A DNA stretch of 64,000 bases from Rhynchopus sp. YZ270_cl-10 (lineage: Eukaryota). Shown here one piece after another: positions 11,077-22,899 of this stretch. Position 1 is the first letter of the stretch. Every line of letters begins with the position of its first letter. A program made the translations under genes and the position numbers. Location of the stretch: positions 124,001 through 188,000 of the forward strand of contig OZ037846.1 of the NCBI GenBank assembly GCA_964035575.1, written 5' to 3'. Below the pieces are notes generated by a model. That model was not told the DNA's origin. It worked only from the letters and a program-made list of their open reading frames with translations, and ran no database searches.

Positions 11077-14000
11077 CAATGGTATCATGCAGGGGTGCCC
11101 ATTGAGTGTGATCCTAATAAACATTGTTATCAGCGTATGGATGCGTGAGGTCGACAGCAAGGGGGCTGAGACCACATCATTCGTTGACGACATCTACGCC
11201 ACTGCCCCATCTCACCAGCTCCAGCAGATGGCCGTTGACCGAACAGTGATCTTCTCTCACCACACCCAGATGGACATCAGCGTCTCAAAGTCGCTCACCT
11301 TCTCACCTTCTCCACGTGCCGCACGCGCCCATGTGAAATCAAGGTGATCAACGTGCAAACCGGAGAGCTAATGTGCCACAACCCTCCGACGTTCCTCCCT
11401 GTCAAGAACAGCTTCAACAGCTTCGACAGCACAGGGGTCATGCAGCACGCACAACCAGGCACCAACCTTAGCTCCTTGCCCGTCTCCAATCGCATCTCCA
11501 ACAGGTCCTCAAACGCGGTGAAGAACCTGGGAAGGGTGCGGTCCCTCCCAACACCAGTAAACCACCGAGACCACATAGCGGCAATGACTGCGGGGTCAAA
11601 GTGCTATTATGGCGCGTCCGTGACTTACCTGTCCCCGGAGAAACGGGCAAAACTTCAGAAAAACTTCACAGCAGCTGTCTGGACCGGGCCTTCGCGACGT
11701 GCTGTGGTGGCGGTCATGCACATCCTACAGCACGGCCACCGACTAGACCCGGAGATGGTCTTCCACATTCGCAGGCTACGTGCGTGGATCAAACAGATGA
11801 GAAGAGAAAACTGCAGACATCTATGTGCGGTGGCGTGGCAGCACAGAGATTCCCTGTCCTACGGACCGTTCTTCCTCCTCAATGAATCACTGAACGCCTT
11901 GGGGTGGGACTGGGTTGCCCCCAACCAAGTCAGATTCACCAACGAATCAGGAGACCAAACCCTGCTGGACGTTGACACCCTCACCGAAAAGCAAGCCACG
12001 TCAGTCGAGGCCGAGGCACGTCACAAACTGCGGAATGCCCTAATGAGGTCCCTTGCGAACAAGCGATCGAGCGACTACGACGGACTCCAACATGGTGTTG
12101 ACGGCAGAGTGACCAGGCACCTGCTGGAAGACCCCGAGAGCAACTTAACCGGGTACCAGAAAGGCATCCTTCGCTCCATCATCGCAGGGGCAATGACAAC
12201 AACGGGTAGATCCGGCCTCATCACCGACGGATGCCCTTACTGTGAGACCGAAGCCCGCGAAACAGTTCGCCATATGTGGTGGGAATGCAGTGCGTGGGAG
12301 GAGGTACGCAGCCGTCACCCTGTCGCAGCCGCGGACAGGACGGACTGGCCGAACTGTCTGGTCATTTGCGGGGTGGCACCACGGTACCGTCACGACTGCC
12401 ACGACAACGTTCTCCCGCGAGACGACCACGAGAGGATCGCACTAGTGAGAAATCTGCAAAGGCTATTCATAGAGATAGTCAGGCAAAGACAGATTCGAGA
12501 TGACCGCCCAGCAGAGTCGGCCCGCCACCACCGCCTGGTTGACTACCCATGGGGATGGTCTTCTCCCCAACCCATGCGAGTGCAACTCCCTTCACTGCGT
12601 TACCAAGACGTGGGGGCCATATGGAAACACAGTGAAGACCTATGGTACGCAACCAACCACTGGGTAAACAGTCTGCAATGGGCGCATAACGGATCGGAGC
12701 ACTCCGTTAGCTACATTGAGCTCGCAATAGACTTCGAGCTGACCACGGGACTTTCCTTGCCGGGTATCAAGAACCGTAGATACCAGCCATACTGTGCGTC
12801 TCAAACCGTGTGCACTGTGCGCAACACCCTAGAAGGCCGCCAGGGCACAGAGGTGTTCTTTGATGGTGGTGCTAGACAGAACGGTACGGTATTTGCGAGG
12901 GCAGGGGCAGGAGCAGTTGTCTACATCGACGGGGTGAAGGCAGCATCCGTAGCTACGCCCCTGCCATTTGCAAGAAGCAACAACGTTGCCGAGTACGAAG
13001 GGGCTAGCAGTGGCCTTTGCCTTCTTCGCGACCTACCCCCAGAAGTGTGTGGCCAGGCGACCATATACGGTGACTCTAAACTGATCATCGAGCACATCAA
13101 GGGGAACACAACATGCAAAGAGAACCTCCAGCCATTCCTCCACCGCATCAGGGCCCAAATCCGAGACCTGCAACCCCGCTACGTCATCGAATGGCGCCAC
13201 GTCAAGCGGAACCTCAACACTGACGCTGACGCTCTCAGCAATGAAGCGATGGATGCGGTCGAAGTTGCGAGGGCGGAGCAGCTAAGCCAGGCAGCTGCAG
13301 AATACCCTCTCTTCCAAAAGAGCGTATGGGCCAAAGCACTGTCACTGCAGAGCCTCACCCGTGACCTACGCAGTGTGGTCCAAGTCGACAGTTGGACCAG
13401 AGGCAAAGAGGGAGGTGTCACCAGTCTGACAGCGCTCGGAGGGACAGTGGTGCAAGGGGTAAACCGACGGGCTGTGCTTTCCGCCAAGACAGAGGCCGTC
13501 CTCCGCCACCTCAACGCCCACAACATCCGCAGCGAACAGCCGCATGGCCCTAGCTCCATCCTGTATGAGGAGAGCCAAGCATGGGCAGCACGGTTCTACC
13601 CCCAGGACCACTACGCCGCGAACTGGACGGAGGCATCCAGCCAGGCACGGGGCAGAGCGGCGGTGGACACTGCAGCCTTCAGGTCCAGACCCCCGCGACC
13701 AGCCCCCGCGGGGGCCCGCAAGAACGCCAAAATCATCTCATGTGAGAGCCACGGAAAAGTCAGATGTGTGTCCTGTGTGAAAGTGCGAGCCGTAGTGGAA
13801 ACCTGCTGCAACCTGCACCACAGAGAGGATGATGGCCTTGAGCTTGTGATGGACTTCTGCCTGAGCCACAGATTGACGCGCTGTGGGGCCTGCCACTTGG
13901 ACAGAAAAAGCCTAAACGAATGCTGCCACTCCTGCCACCCGCAATTCAAGCACGCGGCCCAGGAAGGCATTCAACCACTGCATCACCGTCACGACCCTTC

Positions 14001-14082
14001 GGGGGCGTCTGCCGTGACGTGAGCACCCCCCCCCCCTTTTTGGGGCCATATTCTGAGCAAGAATTACCCCTACTAGTTATCA
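11077..14082 (+). mobile_element. 5'-truncated non-LTR retrotransposon inserted in a (CA)n tract
   Basis: Starts mid-RT (NGIMQGCPLS...SFVDD) directly after (AC)n and ends ...CTAGTTATCAA before (AC)n. Absent from the paralogous site at 19590-19670. Confidence 0.93.
11078..14022 (+). pseudogene. Retroelement polyprotein remnant: RT C-terminal half (frameshift ~11340), zf-RVT-like CCHC finger, RNase H, C-terminal twin Cys/His repeat
   Basis: Motifs QGCPLS/FVDD; CPYC..ETVRHMWWEC; FDGGAR..NNVAEYEG..GDSKLI..HVKRNLNTDADALSN. ORFs 11087-11347 and 11344-14022 are in different frames. Confidence 0.9.
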
Positions 14083-14560
14083 AACACACACACACACAGC
14101 TAGAACACATTAGATTGAAAACTAATATAAGCGGGGAGGGGAAAATGCTGGAGGGGTTTTTTTTTTGCTGAAACTGAAACTGAAACCCAGCACAATACGC
14201 TATTTATATGCACCCATCCACAGAAGTCTTCCAACAAAAGAAACAAACGTCTGTGAGGATTTATAGCAGTGCTGAGGTTTTCTTCTTTCTTTTGAATAAC
14301 TTGAATAATTGATAGACACCTCGCTTTTTTTTCTCGTGTGAGCTCCACGCAGCCGTTCCTCGCCTATCTCTCGTTTCGTGGATTACCGTTACCTTTTCTT
14401 TTGAAGCTTCAAAAACGACCCACCTGATTCCCCAGATGTGTTTCTAAGCCAAGTCAGCCGTGTTGCACGTCCACAACGTACTGTCATAGGTCAAGGCAGT
14501 TCTGAACGTTGATGAGTAAACTTCACGTACTGCATGCCTAACACGCCTCAGCCCAATTGA

Positions 14561-17258
14561 CTACACGATCACAACTGACGTCACCTCCTCCATCCTCTCC
14601 TTGCTGCGTGGGTACCTGCGTCCAGTTGGGAACATAGCTGGCATGGGGGCCATCCCACCTGTCTCCAGGGACGTTGTCAACCTGCCCATTCTGCCCTCCG
14701 GTGGCGTGTGGCGTGCTGAGTCGGCGCTCATCAAGGAATGTGAGGGCCGCTTCTGGCTTGCAAGGAGCAGGTCCTGCAGGGGGCTGGCCTCGTACATCGG
14801 GATCACGTCTGCGGGATGCGGTGACATGGGGTTGTGCACGACAGAGTGTTCTGCAAGGAGCATTTCCTGTTGTTGTTGTTGTTGTTGTTGTTGCTGCTGT
14901 TGCTGTGGTGGAGGCAGCTGCTGGTGGTGCTGCTGTGGGGGATAGCTGTGCACTGTCTTCGCAGCAGGCTGGTTCTTTCTGCGCATCAGACAAAACCCTG
15001 CCAAGGCACAGAGGCACAGAACCAGCACCGCAGCCGCAATGATGATGATCAGCAAAACAGTGCCGCCGTTGTCGTCGTCTGTGCCGTTGGGTGAGGAGTT
15101 CGTGGGTGAGTAGCAGATGTAGTCGTTTGCTTTGGTGCTCGGGTCTGCACAATACTTCCCGTCGGGGCACGGCTTGGCGAGGCATTCGTCACTTGCGGTG
15201 TTGCCGGTGCTGCTGTCGATGGGCGCCTCAGGTGATGGGGGGCAGACGGCCTGCTTTGCGACAGCCTTCGCGGCACGGTCGGGACACGTGCACACAAAGT
15301 CGCCCGTCTTCGCTGTGTTCGGGTCGGCGCAGTCTTGAACTGTGCCGCACGGACGCGACGTGCATTCGTCTCTTGCGGAAGACAGGGAAGACGGGTCGCA
15401 GTTCGCTGGCGATGCGACAGCCGTGAGGGATGTGTCTGAGGTGCAGGTGCAGACGTAGTTGTGGGTGTCAGTCAAGTCCGGGTCGGTGCAGGTCTGCCCT
15501 TCTCCACAGAGGTCGGCAGGAAGGCATTCGTCTTCCGGGCAGGAGTCCACCTGCCCTCCTACCTTTGACAGCTTCCCGTCTTCGTCGCAGGAGCAGATGA
15601 AGTCGCCTTTCTCTGTCAGGGACGGGTCCGAGCAGTACTGATCCCACCCGCAGGAAAACAAAAAGCATTCGTCTTCCGAAATGTCGCACGACTCCACCGG
15701 CCCACCAACCTGTGCTCGCGTCACGTCCGCCAGACAATAGCACTCAAAGTCGCCAGTCACAAACTCATCGTCATCCCTGCACATCTGTCCAGAGGGGCAT
15801 GGCCAGCTGCTCGCTAGACACTCACTCACACCACACACCGCACGTTCACCGACCGCGCTTCTGTCCTTGTCCGAGTCGCATGTGCACACAAAGTCTCCGT
15901 CCTTCGAAGTGTCCGGGTCGGTGCAGGTCTGCCCTTCTCCACAGAGGTCGGCAAGAAGGCATTCGTCTTCCGGGCAGGAGTCCACCTGCCCCCCTACCTT
16001 TGACAGCTTCCCGTCTTCGTCGCAGGAGCAGATGAAGTCGCCTTTCTCTGTCAGGGACGGGTCCGAGCAGTACTGATCCCACCCGCAGGAAAACAAAAGA
16101 CATTCGTCTTCCGAAATGTCGCACGACTCCACCGGCCCACCAACCTGTGCTCGCGTCACGTCCACCAGACAATAGCACTCAAAGTCGCCAGTCACAAACT
16201 CATCGTCATCCCTGCACATCTGTCCAGAGGAACATGGCCAGCTGCTCGCTAGACACTCACTCACACCACACACCGCACGTTCACCGACCGCGCTTCTGTC
16301 CTTGTCCGAGTCGCATGTGCACACAAAGTCTCCGTCCTTCGAAGTGTCCGGGTCGGTGCAGGTCTGAGCGAGACCACACGGGTCCGTAGCACATTCGTCT
16401 GTGCTCAGCGGCTTTTCTGTCACAGGATTTTCGCACACATCACAGGACCAATGCACTTCTGCCATCGGCTCATAGGTGTCGTCATTATAGACACCATGAT
16501 AGGCCCACAGCGACACAGCACTGCCCGCATGGCAGGGAACGGAGAAGGTTGCGGGCACTATCTTGTGGGACTTATACATGGATCCGTCTGATCCCACCAC
16601 ATTGGCGTACTGCGAATGTACGGTCACCTCCAGCGTCAACGCCCAGTCGCAACGCACAACAAAGAACGCATGTTTCGCTCTAAACGAATGGGTGAGTGGC
16701 GCATCTACGTCACATTCGTAGTCAGCGTCGCTGCAGTTTGTCTACGCTGTCTACGCTGTCTTTGTCTACCTTCGCCATGGGGGCGGAAGGTGGCTTGGGG
16801 GGCGGGTCCGAAGTGCTTGTGATGTCCAGGTACACTTTGCAATCGAAGAAGGGGCTCGATGAGCTGCAACTGGAAACGGTTTCGTATGTAAGCTCGAGTT
16901 TGTCGGCAGCGAGGTCGACGTTGACAGCAAGGTTCCAGATTCGTTCGTCTGTGACGTATGCCAGGTCTGACATGTCTGTCGTCTCGCCACCGACATTCAA
17001 ACGCAACGTAACAGGATCAGTGCACGCACTCGGCACACGACGCGAGATCACAACACGCGAGAGAACGACCTTGTTCAAATCGGACAACGTTGGCGTGAAA
17101 AACGATAGTGCTTCCGTGGACCAAATAACGCCCTTGTGATTACTGTCCCAAGGAGCCGCCGTCGCTCTGATAACGCTGTGCCCCGCAAGCATCTCGTAAG
17201 CACCCACACTGCAGGAGGCCAGCAGACACGCAGCAATGGACAGTTTCATATTATGCAT
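14561..17258 (-). pseudogene. Cys-rich EGF-like-repeat type I membrane protein, copy 1; frameshifted at ~16742-16764
   Basis: Signal peptide MKLSIAACLLASC, repeated DEC..C...C.DP....DFVCTC units, TM segment VLLIIIIAAAVLVLCLCALAGFCL and a polyQ tail. The two ORFs are 1 nt out of frame relative to copy 2. Confidence 0.85.
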
Positions 17259-18545
17259 TTTGTGTGCCTGCTGGTGATAGGTGGTAAAGGACGTGTTGTG
17301 AATCTTGTCTAACGTTGTCCCTCGTCTTTTTTAAAATATACAGTCGGACAAGTAATATTTGCAACCAAAAAAAGGAGCCAATACTTACAATTACAAGAAA
17401 ACCCCTAAAATCCGCCAATATTAGTTGGTCGCCCAGTTTCTTGTCCTACGGTATATCGAGACCGTCTAGGATTCGATAGAAGGAAAAATCCGACTTCTAC
17501 GTGTCAATGCGTGCAGCTTTTGAATAACTGCGATTGCAAAAGGAATGACTAACACTTTTTAATTTATTTTAAAGGGTGCGGAGGGTGGGAAATATTTTGA
17601 AAAAAAGGTGTCGTTTGAGAAAAACAAACAAACGGACGCGCTGTGTGCAAAACGAGTGTTTCTCTGCGCGTGATATTTTGTGGGAAAGAATAAAACATTA
17701 TGAAAAAAGCTCGTTGCGTTCCCACTATCGTTTCCGCTGCGCTCTCACTAGCTTTCCCACTCCATTCGGTTTTCTCTTACGTATTGGTTTTCCCACAAAT
17801 TATCGAAGAAATAAAAAAAAACCATACAAAAGAAACGCAAGTTTATTGTTTTATCGTATTCACAAACGATGTGTGTTTTGCCTGAAGTACAGAAAGTTCT
17901 CCAGCACAAAAAAAGAGAGGAAAAAGAAGCAGGGGTGCACAGACGGGCAACGTTTTCACGAGGGTCTCGAGCATTTTGCCAAACGACCTGTTAACTAAAT
18001 AAAGGCGCTTGTTTTTTCCCATTACAAGAGCCGAAACAGAAAAGGTAAGAAAAGGGAAAGTCCTGAAGTGCAGATGGTGATGCGAGAGAAGCGAGAAGCA
18101 CAAAAATGAGGGTGAAAACAGGGAATTTTGTAAGGGACTAGATATTTTTTTGCCAAACTGGTCCCCCCCCCTGGTATAATGAGAGAAGTGGGTACTGGCC
18201 GGGTTTGGCCAAGTCAGTTAAAGGTCGCTATGTCAGGTGCCCACCCTACGTAAACTAATCTGAGATACACACGCCTCACAAAGACCGCAACCCGAAGGAG
18301 TGATACTTAATGAGGACATGAGCACAACAGACTTCGCGCCTCGAGCGGATACGTATCCTCAGCAGTCTGACCTGGCCAAACTAGTGTAAAACTGATTTGT
18401 GTGTGTTAGTCAGGCGATGCCGTTGCACATGGAACAGCTTTGTGGTTGCAGGAAGGGTGTATGTGGAAAACTCTTGAATTAAAAAGTGAAGTGGGCGCTG
18501 ACACTCCGCGGTAGAAAAGAATTGAGAAAATCATGAATTTTTAAT

Positions 18546-19191
18546 CATGGGTAGTATCTGGATCCAGATTCCAGGTAATTCCAGAAAAATTCCAGGTATT
18601 CCAGATCTGGATTTTTTCTGGAATTAGGCTTTTTGCACTGTTGGTGACTGTGTGTATTTACGTATGTACCACGAATTTGTCCATTTTGGCAAAGTGACCC
18701 CACTACTGGACGGACGGATTCCAAAAAATGCAAATGCTGGTGTTTTTGGACGATGTATAATAGTATTTCCCGGCCAAAAAACCCACACAAATTATAAAGT
18801 GGGACCCCCCACTGTCAAGGACATGTCGATCTTGGCCCCCTCCGGAACACCATGTGATGGAAATTCTAAGAAACCTTTCGTTTATTAGTCTTTGCCATTG
18901 TCGCTGAAGCGCTCACTCCCCTCTATCCCCGAGTTCTCTTCCTATTCACATTTGCACTGTGTAGAGAGAACAACAAAAACCATGGGGAGGAAACCAAACG
19001 CAACGACCACTTCCAGATCGGAATGTGCCTTTGTGTTGCGCGCAGATTTCTGCTTAAACCCACCTGGAATACACCTGGAATTACCTGGAATTTACCTGGA
19101 ATCACCTGGAACACCTGGAAAAAACCTGGAATTTCACGAAAAATCTGAGAAACCTGTAATCACCTGGAACTGGATCCAGATACTACCCATG
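18546..19191. mobile_element. Second copy of the CATGGGTAG-TIR MITE, with extra subterminal ACCTGGAA units
   Basis: Near-identical to 9151..9766 in the same flanking context. Confidence 0.85.
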
Positions 19192-20126
19192 TTTAATTTA
19201 AAAAAAAAGGACTCGATAAGTTGTGGAGATTCGATACTGTTGCAAAAACGAAACAAAACTTGGAACACGGATACTCAGATCTGCCAGATTTAGGAGTATT
19301 CGTGTTCCAACGTGTTGTAAAATAACCCCCTTTTTTTGTTGCCTTCAATACAACCTCTGCCTTTTGGTTTCATGAAGGATTGTCAACAATCAAAAACGAG
19401 TCACAATTCTGCTGGGTTCCACTGGTCGCCGTTTTACCTGGCAGAGTGGAAGCGGGGGATGTGTACCAGTGTACACACGGAAGGGGTGATGTGCGAGGTG
19501 GCTGTGCGCTGCACCATCTTTTAATGAACGATAAACTTAATACGAACGTTTATCGTTCATTAGTTTTCTCGGTTGCGGTGTATCGCTGTGCACACACACA
19601 CACATGGGGCCATATTCTGAGCAAGAATTACCCCTACTAGTTATCAAACACACACACACACACAGCTAGAACACATTAGATTGAAAACTAATATAAGCGG
19701 GGAGGGGAAAATGCTGGAGGGGTTTTTTTTTGGCTGAAACTGAAACTGAAACCCAGCACAATACGCTATTTATATGCACCCATCCACAGAAGTCTTCCAA
19801 CAAAAGAAACAAACGTCTGTGAGGATTTATAGCAGTGCTGAGGTTTTCTTCTTTCTTTTGAATAACTTGAATAATTGATAGACACCTCGCTTCTTTTTCT
19901 CGTGTGAGCTCCACGCAGCCGTTCCTCGCCTATCTCTCGTTTCGTGGATTACCGTTACCTTTTCTTTTGAAGCTTCAAAAACGACCCACCTGATTCCCCA
20001 GATGTGTTTCTAAGCCAAGTCAGCCGTGTTGCACGTCCACAACGTACTGTCATAGGTCAAGGCAGTTCTGAACGTTGATGAGTAAACTTCACGTACTGCA
20101 TGCCTAACACGCCTCAGCCCAATTGA

Positions 20127-22399
20127 CTACACGATCACAACTGACGTCACCTCCTCCATCCTCTCCTTGCTGCGTGGGTACCTGCGTCCAGTTGTGTACA
20201 TGGCCGGCATGGGGGCCATCCCACCTGTCTCCAGGGACGTTGTCGACCTGCCCATTCTGCCCTCGGGTGGCGTGTGGCGTGCTGAGTCGGCGCTCATCAA
20301 GGAATGTGAGGGCCGCTTCTGGCTTGCAAGGAGCAGGTCTTGCAGGGGGCTGGCCTCGTACATCGGCATCACGTCTGCGGGATGCGGTGACATGGGGTTG
20401 TGCACGACAGAGTGTTCTGCAAGGAGCATTTCCTGTTGTTGTTGTTGTTGTTGTTGTTGCTGCTGTTGCTGTGGTGGAGGCAGCTGCTGGTGGTGCTGCT
20501 GTGGGGGATAGCTGTGCACTGTCTTCGCAGCAGGCTGGTTCTTTCTGCGCATCAGACAAAACCCTGCCAAGGCACAGAGGCACAGAACCAGCACCGCAGC
20601 CGCAATGATGATGATCAGCAAAACAGTGCCGCCGTTGTCGTCGTCTGTGCCGTTGGGTGAGGAGTTCGTGGGTGAGTAGCAGATGTAGTCGTTTGCTTTG
20701 GTGCTCGGGTCTGCACAATACTTCCCGTCGGGGCACGGCTTGGCGAGGCATTCGTCACTTGCGGTGTTGCCGGTGCTGCTGTCGATGGGCGCCTCAGGTG
20801 ATGGGGGGCAGACGGCCTGCTTTGCGACAGCCTTCGCGGCACGGTCGGGACACGTGCACACAAAGTCGCCCGTCTTCGCTGTGTTCGGGTCGGCGCAGTC
20901 TTGAACTGTGCCGCACGGACGCGACGTGCATTCGTCTCTTGCGGAAGACAGGGAAGACGGGTCGCAGTTCGCTGGCGATGCGACAGCCGTGAGGGATGTG
21001 TCTGAGGTGCAGGTGCAGACGTAGTTGTGGGTGTCAGTCAAGTCCGGGTCGGTGCAGGTCTGCCCTTCTCCACAGAGGTCGGCAAGAAGGCATTCGTCTT
21101 CCGGGCAGGAGTCCACCTGCCCCCCTACCTTTGACAGCTTCCCGTCTTCGTCGCAGGAGCAGATGAAGTCGCCTTTCTCTGTCAGGGACGGGTCCGAGCA
21201 GTACTGATCCCACCCGCAGGAAAACAAAATGCATTCGTCTTCCGAAATGTCGCACGACTCCACCGGCCCACCAACCTGTGCTCACGTCACGTCCGCCAGA
21301 CAATAGCACTCAAAGTCGCCAGTCACAAACTCATCGTCATCCCTGCACATCTGTCCAGAGGAACATGGCCAGCTGCTCGCTAGACACTCACTCACACCAC
21401 ACACCGCACGTTCACCGACCGCGCTTCTGTCCTTGTCCGAGTCGCATGTGCACACAAAGTCTCCGTCCTTCGAAGTGTCCGGGTCGGTGCAGGTCTGAGC
21501 GAGACCACACGGGTCCGTAGCACATTCGTCTGTGTTCAGCGGCTTTTCTGTCACAGGATCTGTCCCAGGATTTTCGCACACATCACAGGACCAATGCACT
21601 TCTGCCATCGGCTCATAGCTGTCGTCATTATAGACACCATGATAGGCCCACAGCGACACAGCACTGCCCGCATGGCAGGGGACGGAGAAGGTTGCGGGCA
21701 CTATCTTGTGGGACTTATACATGGATCCGTCTGATCCCACCACATTGGCGTACTCCCCATGTACGGTCACCTCCAGCGTCAACGCCCAGTCGCAACGCAC
21801 AACAAAGAACGCATGTTTCGCTCTAAACGAATGGGTGAGTGGCGCATCTACGTCACATTCGTGGTCAGCGTCGCTGCAGTTTGTATTTCTCATTGTAATA
21901 AACTCCTCTACCTTCGCCATGGGGGCGGAAGGTGGCTTGGGGGGCGGGTCCGAAGTGCTTGTGATGTCCAGGTACACTTTGCAATCGAAGAAGGGGCTCG
22001 ATGAGCTGCAACTGGAAACGGTTTCGTATGTAAGCTCGAGTTTGTCGGCAGCGAGGTCGACGTTGACAGCAAGGTTCCAGATTCGTTCGTCTGTGACGTA
22101 TGCCAGGTCTGACATGTCTGTCGTCTCGCCACCGACATTCAAACGCAACGTAACAGGATCAGTGCACGCACTCGGCACACGACGCGAGATCACAACACGC
22201 GAGAGAACGACTTGTTCAAATCGGACAACGTTGGCGTGAAAAACGATAGTGCTTCCGTGGACCAAATAACGCCCTTGTGATTACTGTCCCAAGGAGCCGC
22301 CGTCGCTCTGATAACGCTGTGCCCCGCAAGCATCTCGTAAGCACCCACACTGCAGGAGGCCAGCAGACACGCAGCAATGGACAGTTTCATATTATGCAT
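20127..22399 (-). pseudogene. EGF-like membrane protein, copy 2; 1-nt deletion at ~22210, CGA>TGA stop at 21282-21284, one 378-nt internal repeat fewer
   Basis: Direct comparison with copy 1 (GAACGACCTTG vs GAACGACTTG; GCTCGCGTC vs GCTCACGTC). Confidence 0.85.
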
Positions 22400-22899
22400 T
22401 TTGTGTGCCTGCTGGTGATAAGGTGGTAAAGGACGTGTTGTGAATCTTGTCTAACGTTGTCCCTCGTCTTTTTTAAAATATACAGTCGTACAAGTAATAT
22501 TCACGGTTCGGAAAAGTACTTTGTCCAAAAGTAAAGTACTTTTCCAAAAAAAAAAGTACTTGAAGAAAAAAAAGTACTTTTTGTTTTCGTAACGCCAAAC
22601 TCTTTAACCTTTTGTTTGTTTGCTTGAGCTTACCGAATCGCTCAACTGCGATGGGAAGAATCGTGCGTGTTTTGATCTCGTCACTGGAATTCTTTCAGAT
22701 GGAATTCGAGATCTGAACCGCTACGATAATTTGAGAAATCCAGAAAGCTTCAGAGATAATGAAATCCCCAGGGTGGGCGCGAAAAACGGAATTCAAATAA
22801 GACTTGACTTGAAATACAACAGACCACTCGTGAACAGTGAACCATGGTATGTGACCGGCTGTACCGGGGGGTGGACTCCAACCATGCAATCCTACAATC

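Larger units (their letters stand above)
8100..22501. repeat. Tandem segmental duplication: unit 1 ~8100-17500; unit 2 ~17860-22501, continuing at 36274-36415 after a 13.8-kb insertion
   Basis: Near-identical blocks (8100-8680 = 17860-18440; 9050-9930 = 18445-19350; 14100-17360 = 19666-22500). The units differ by TE insertions and indels. Confidence 0.95.
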
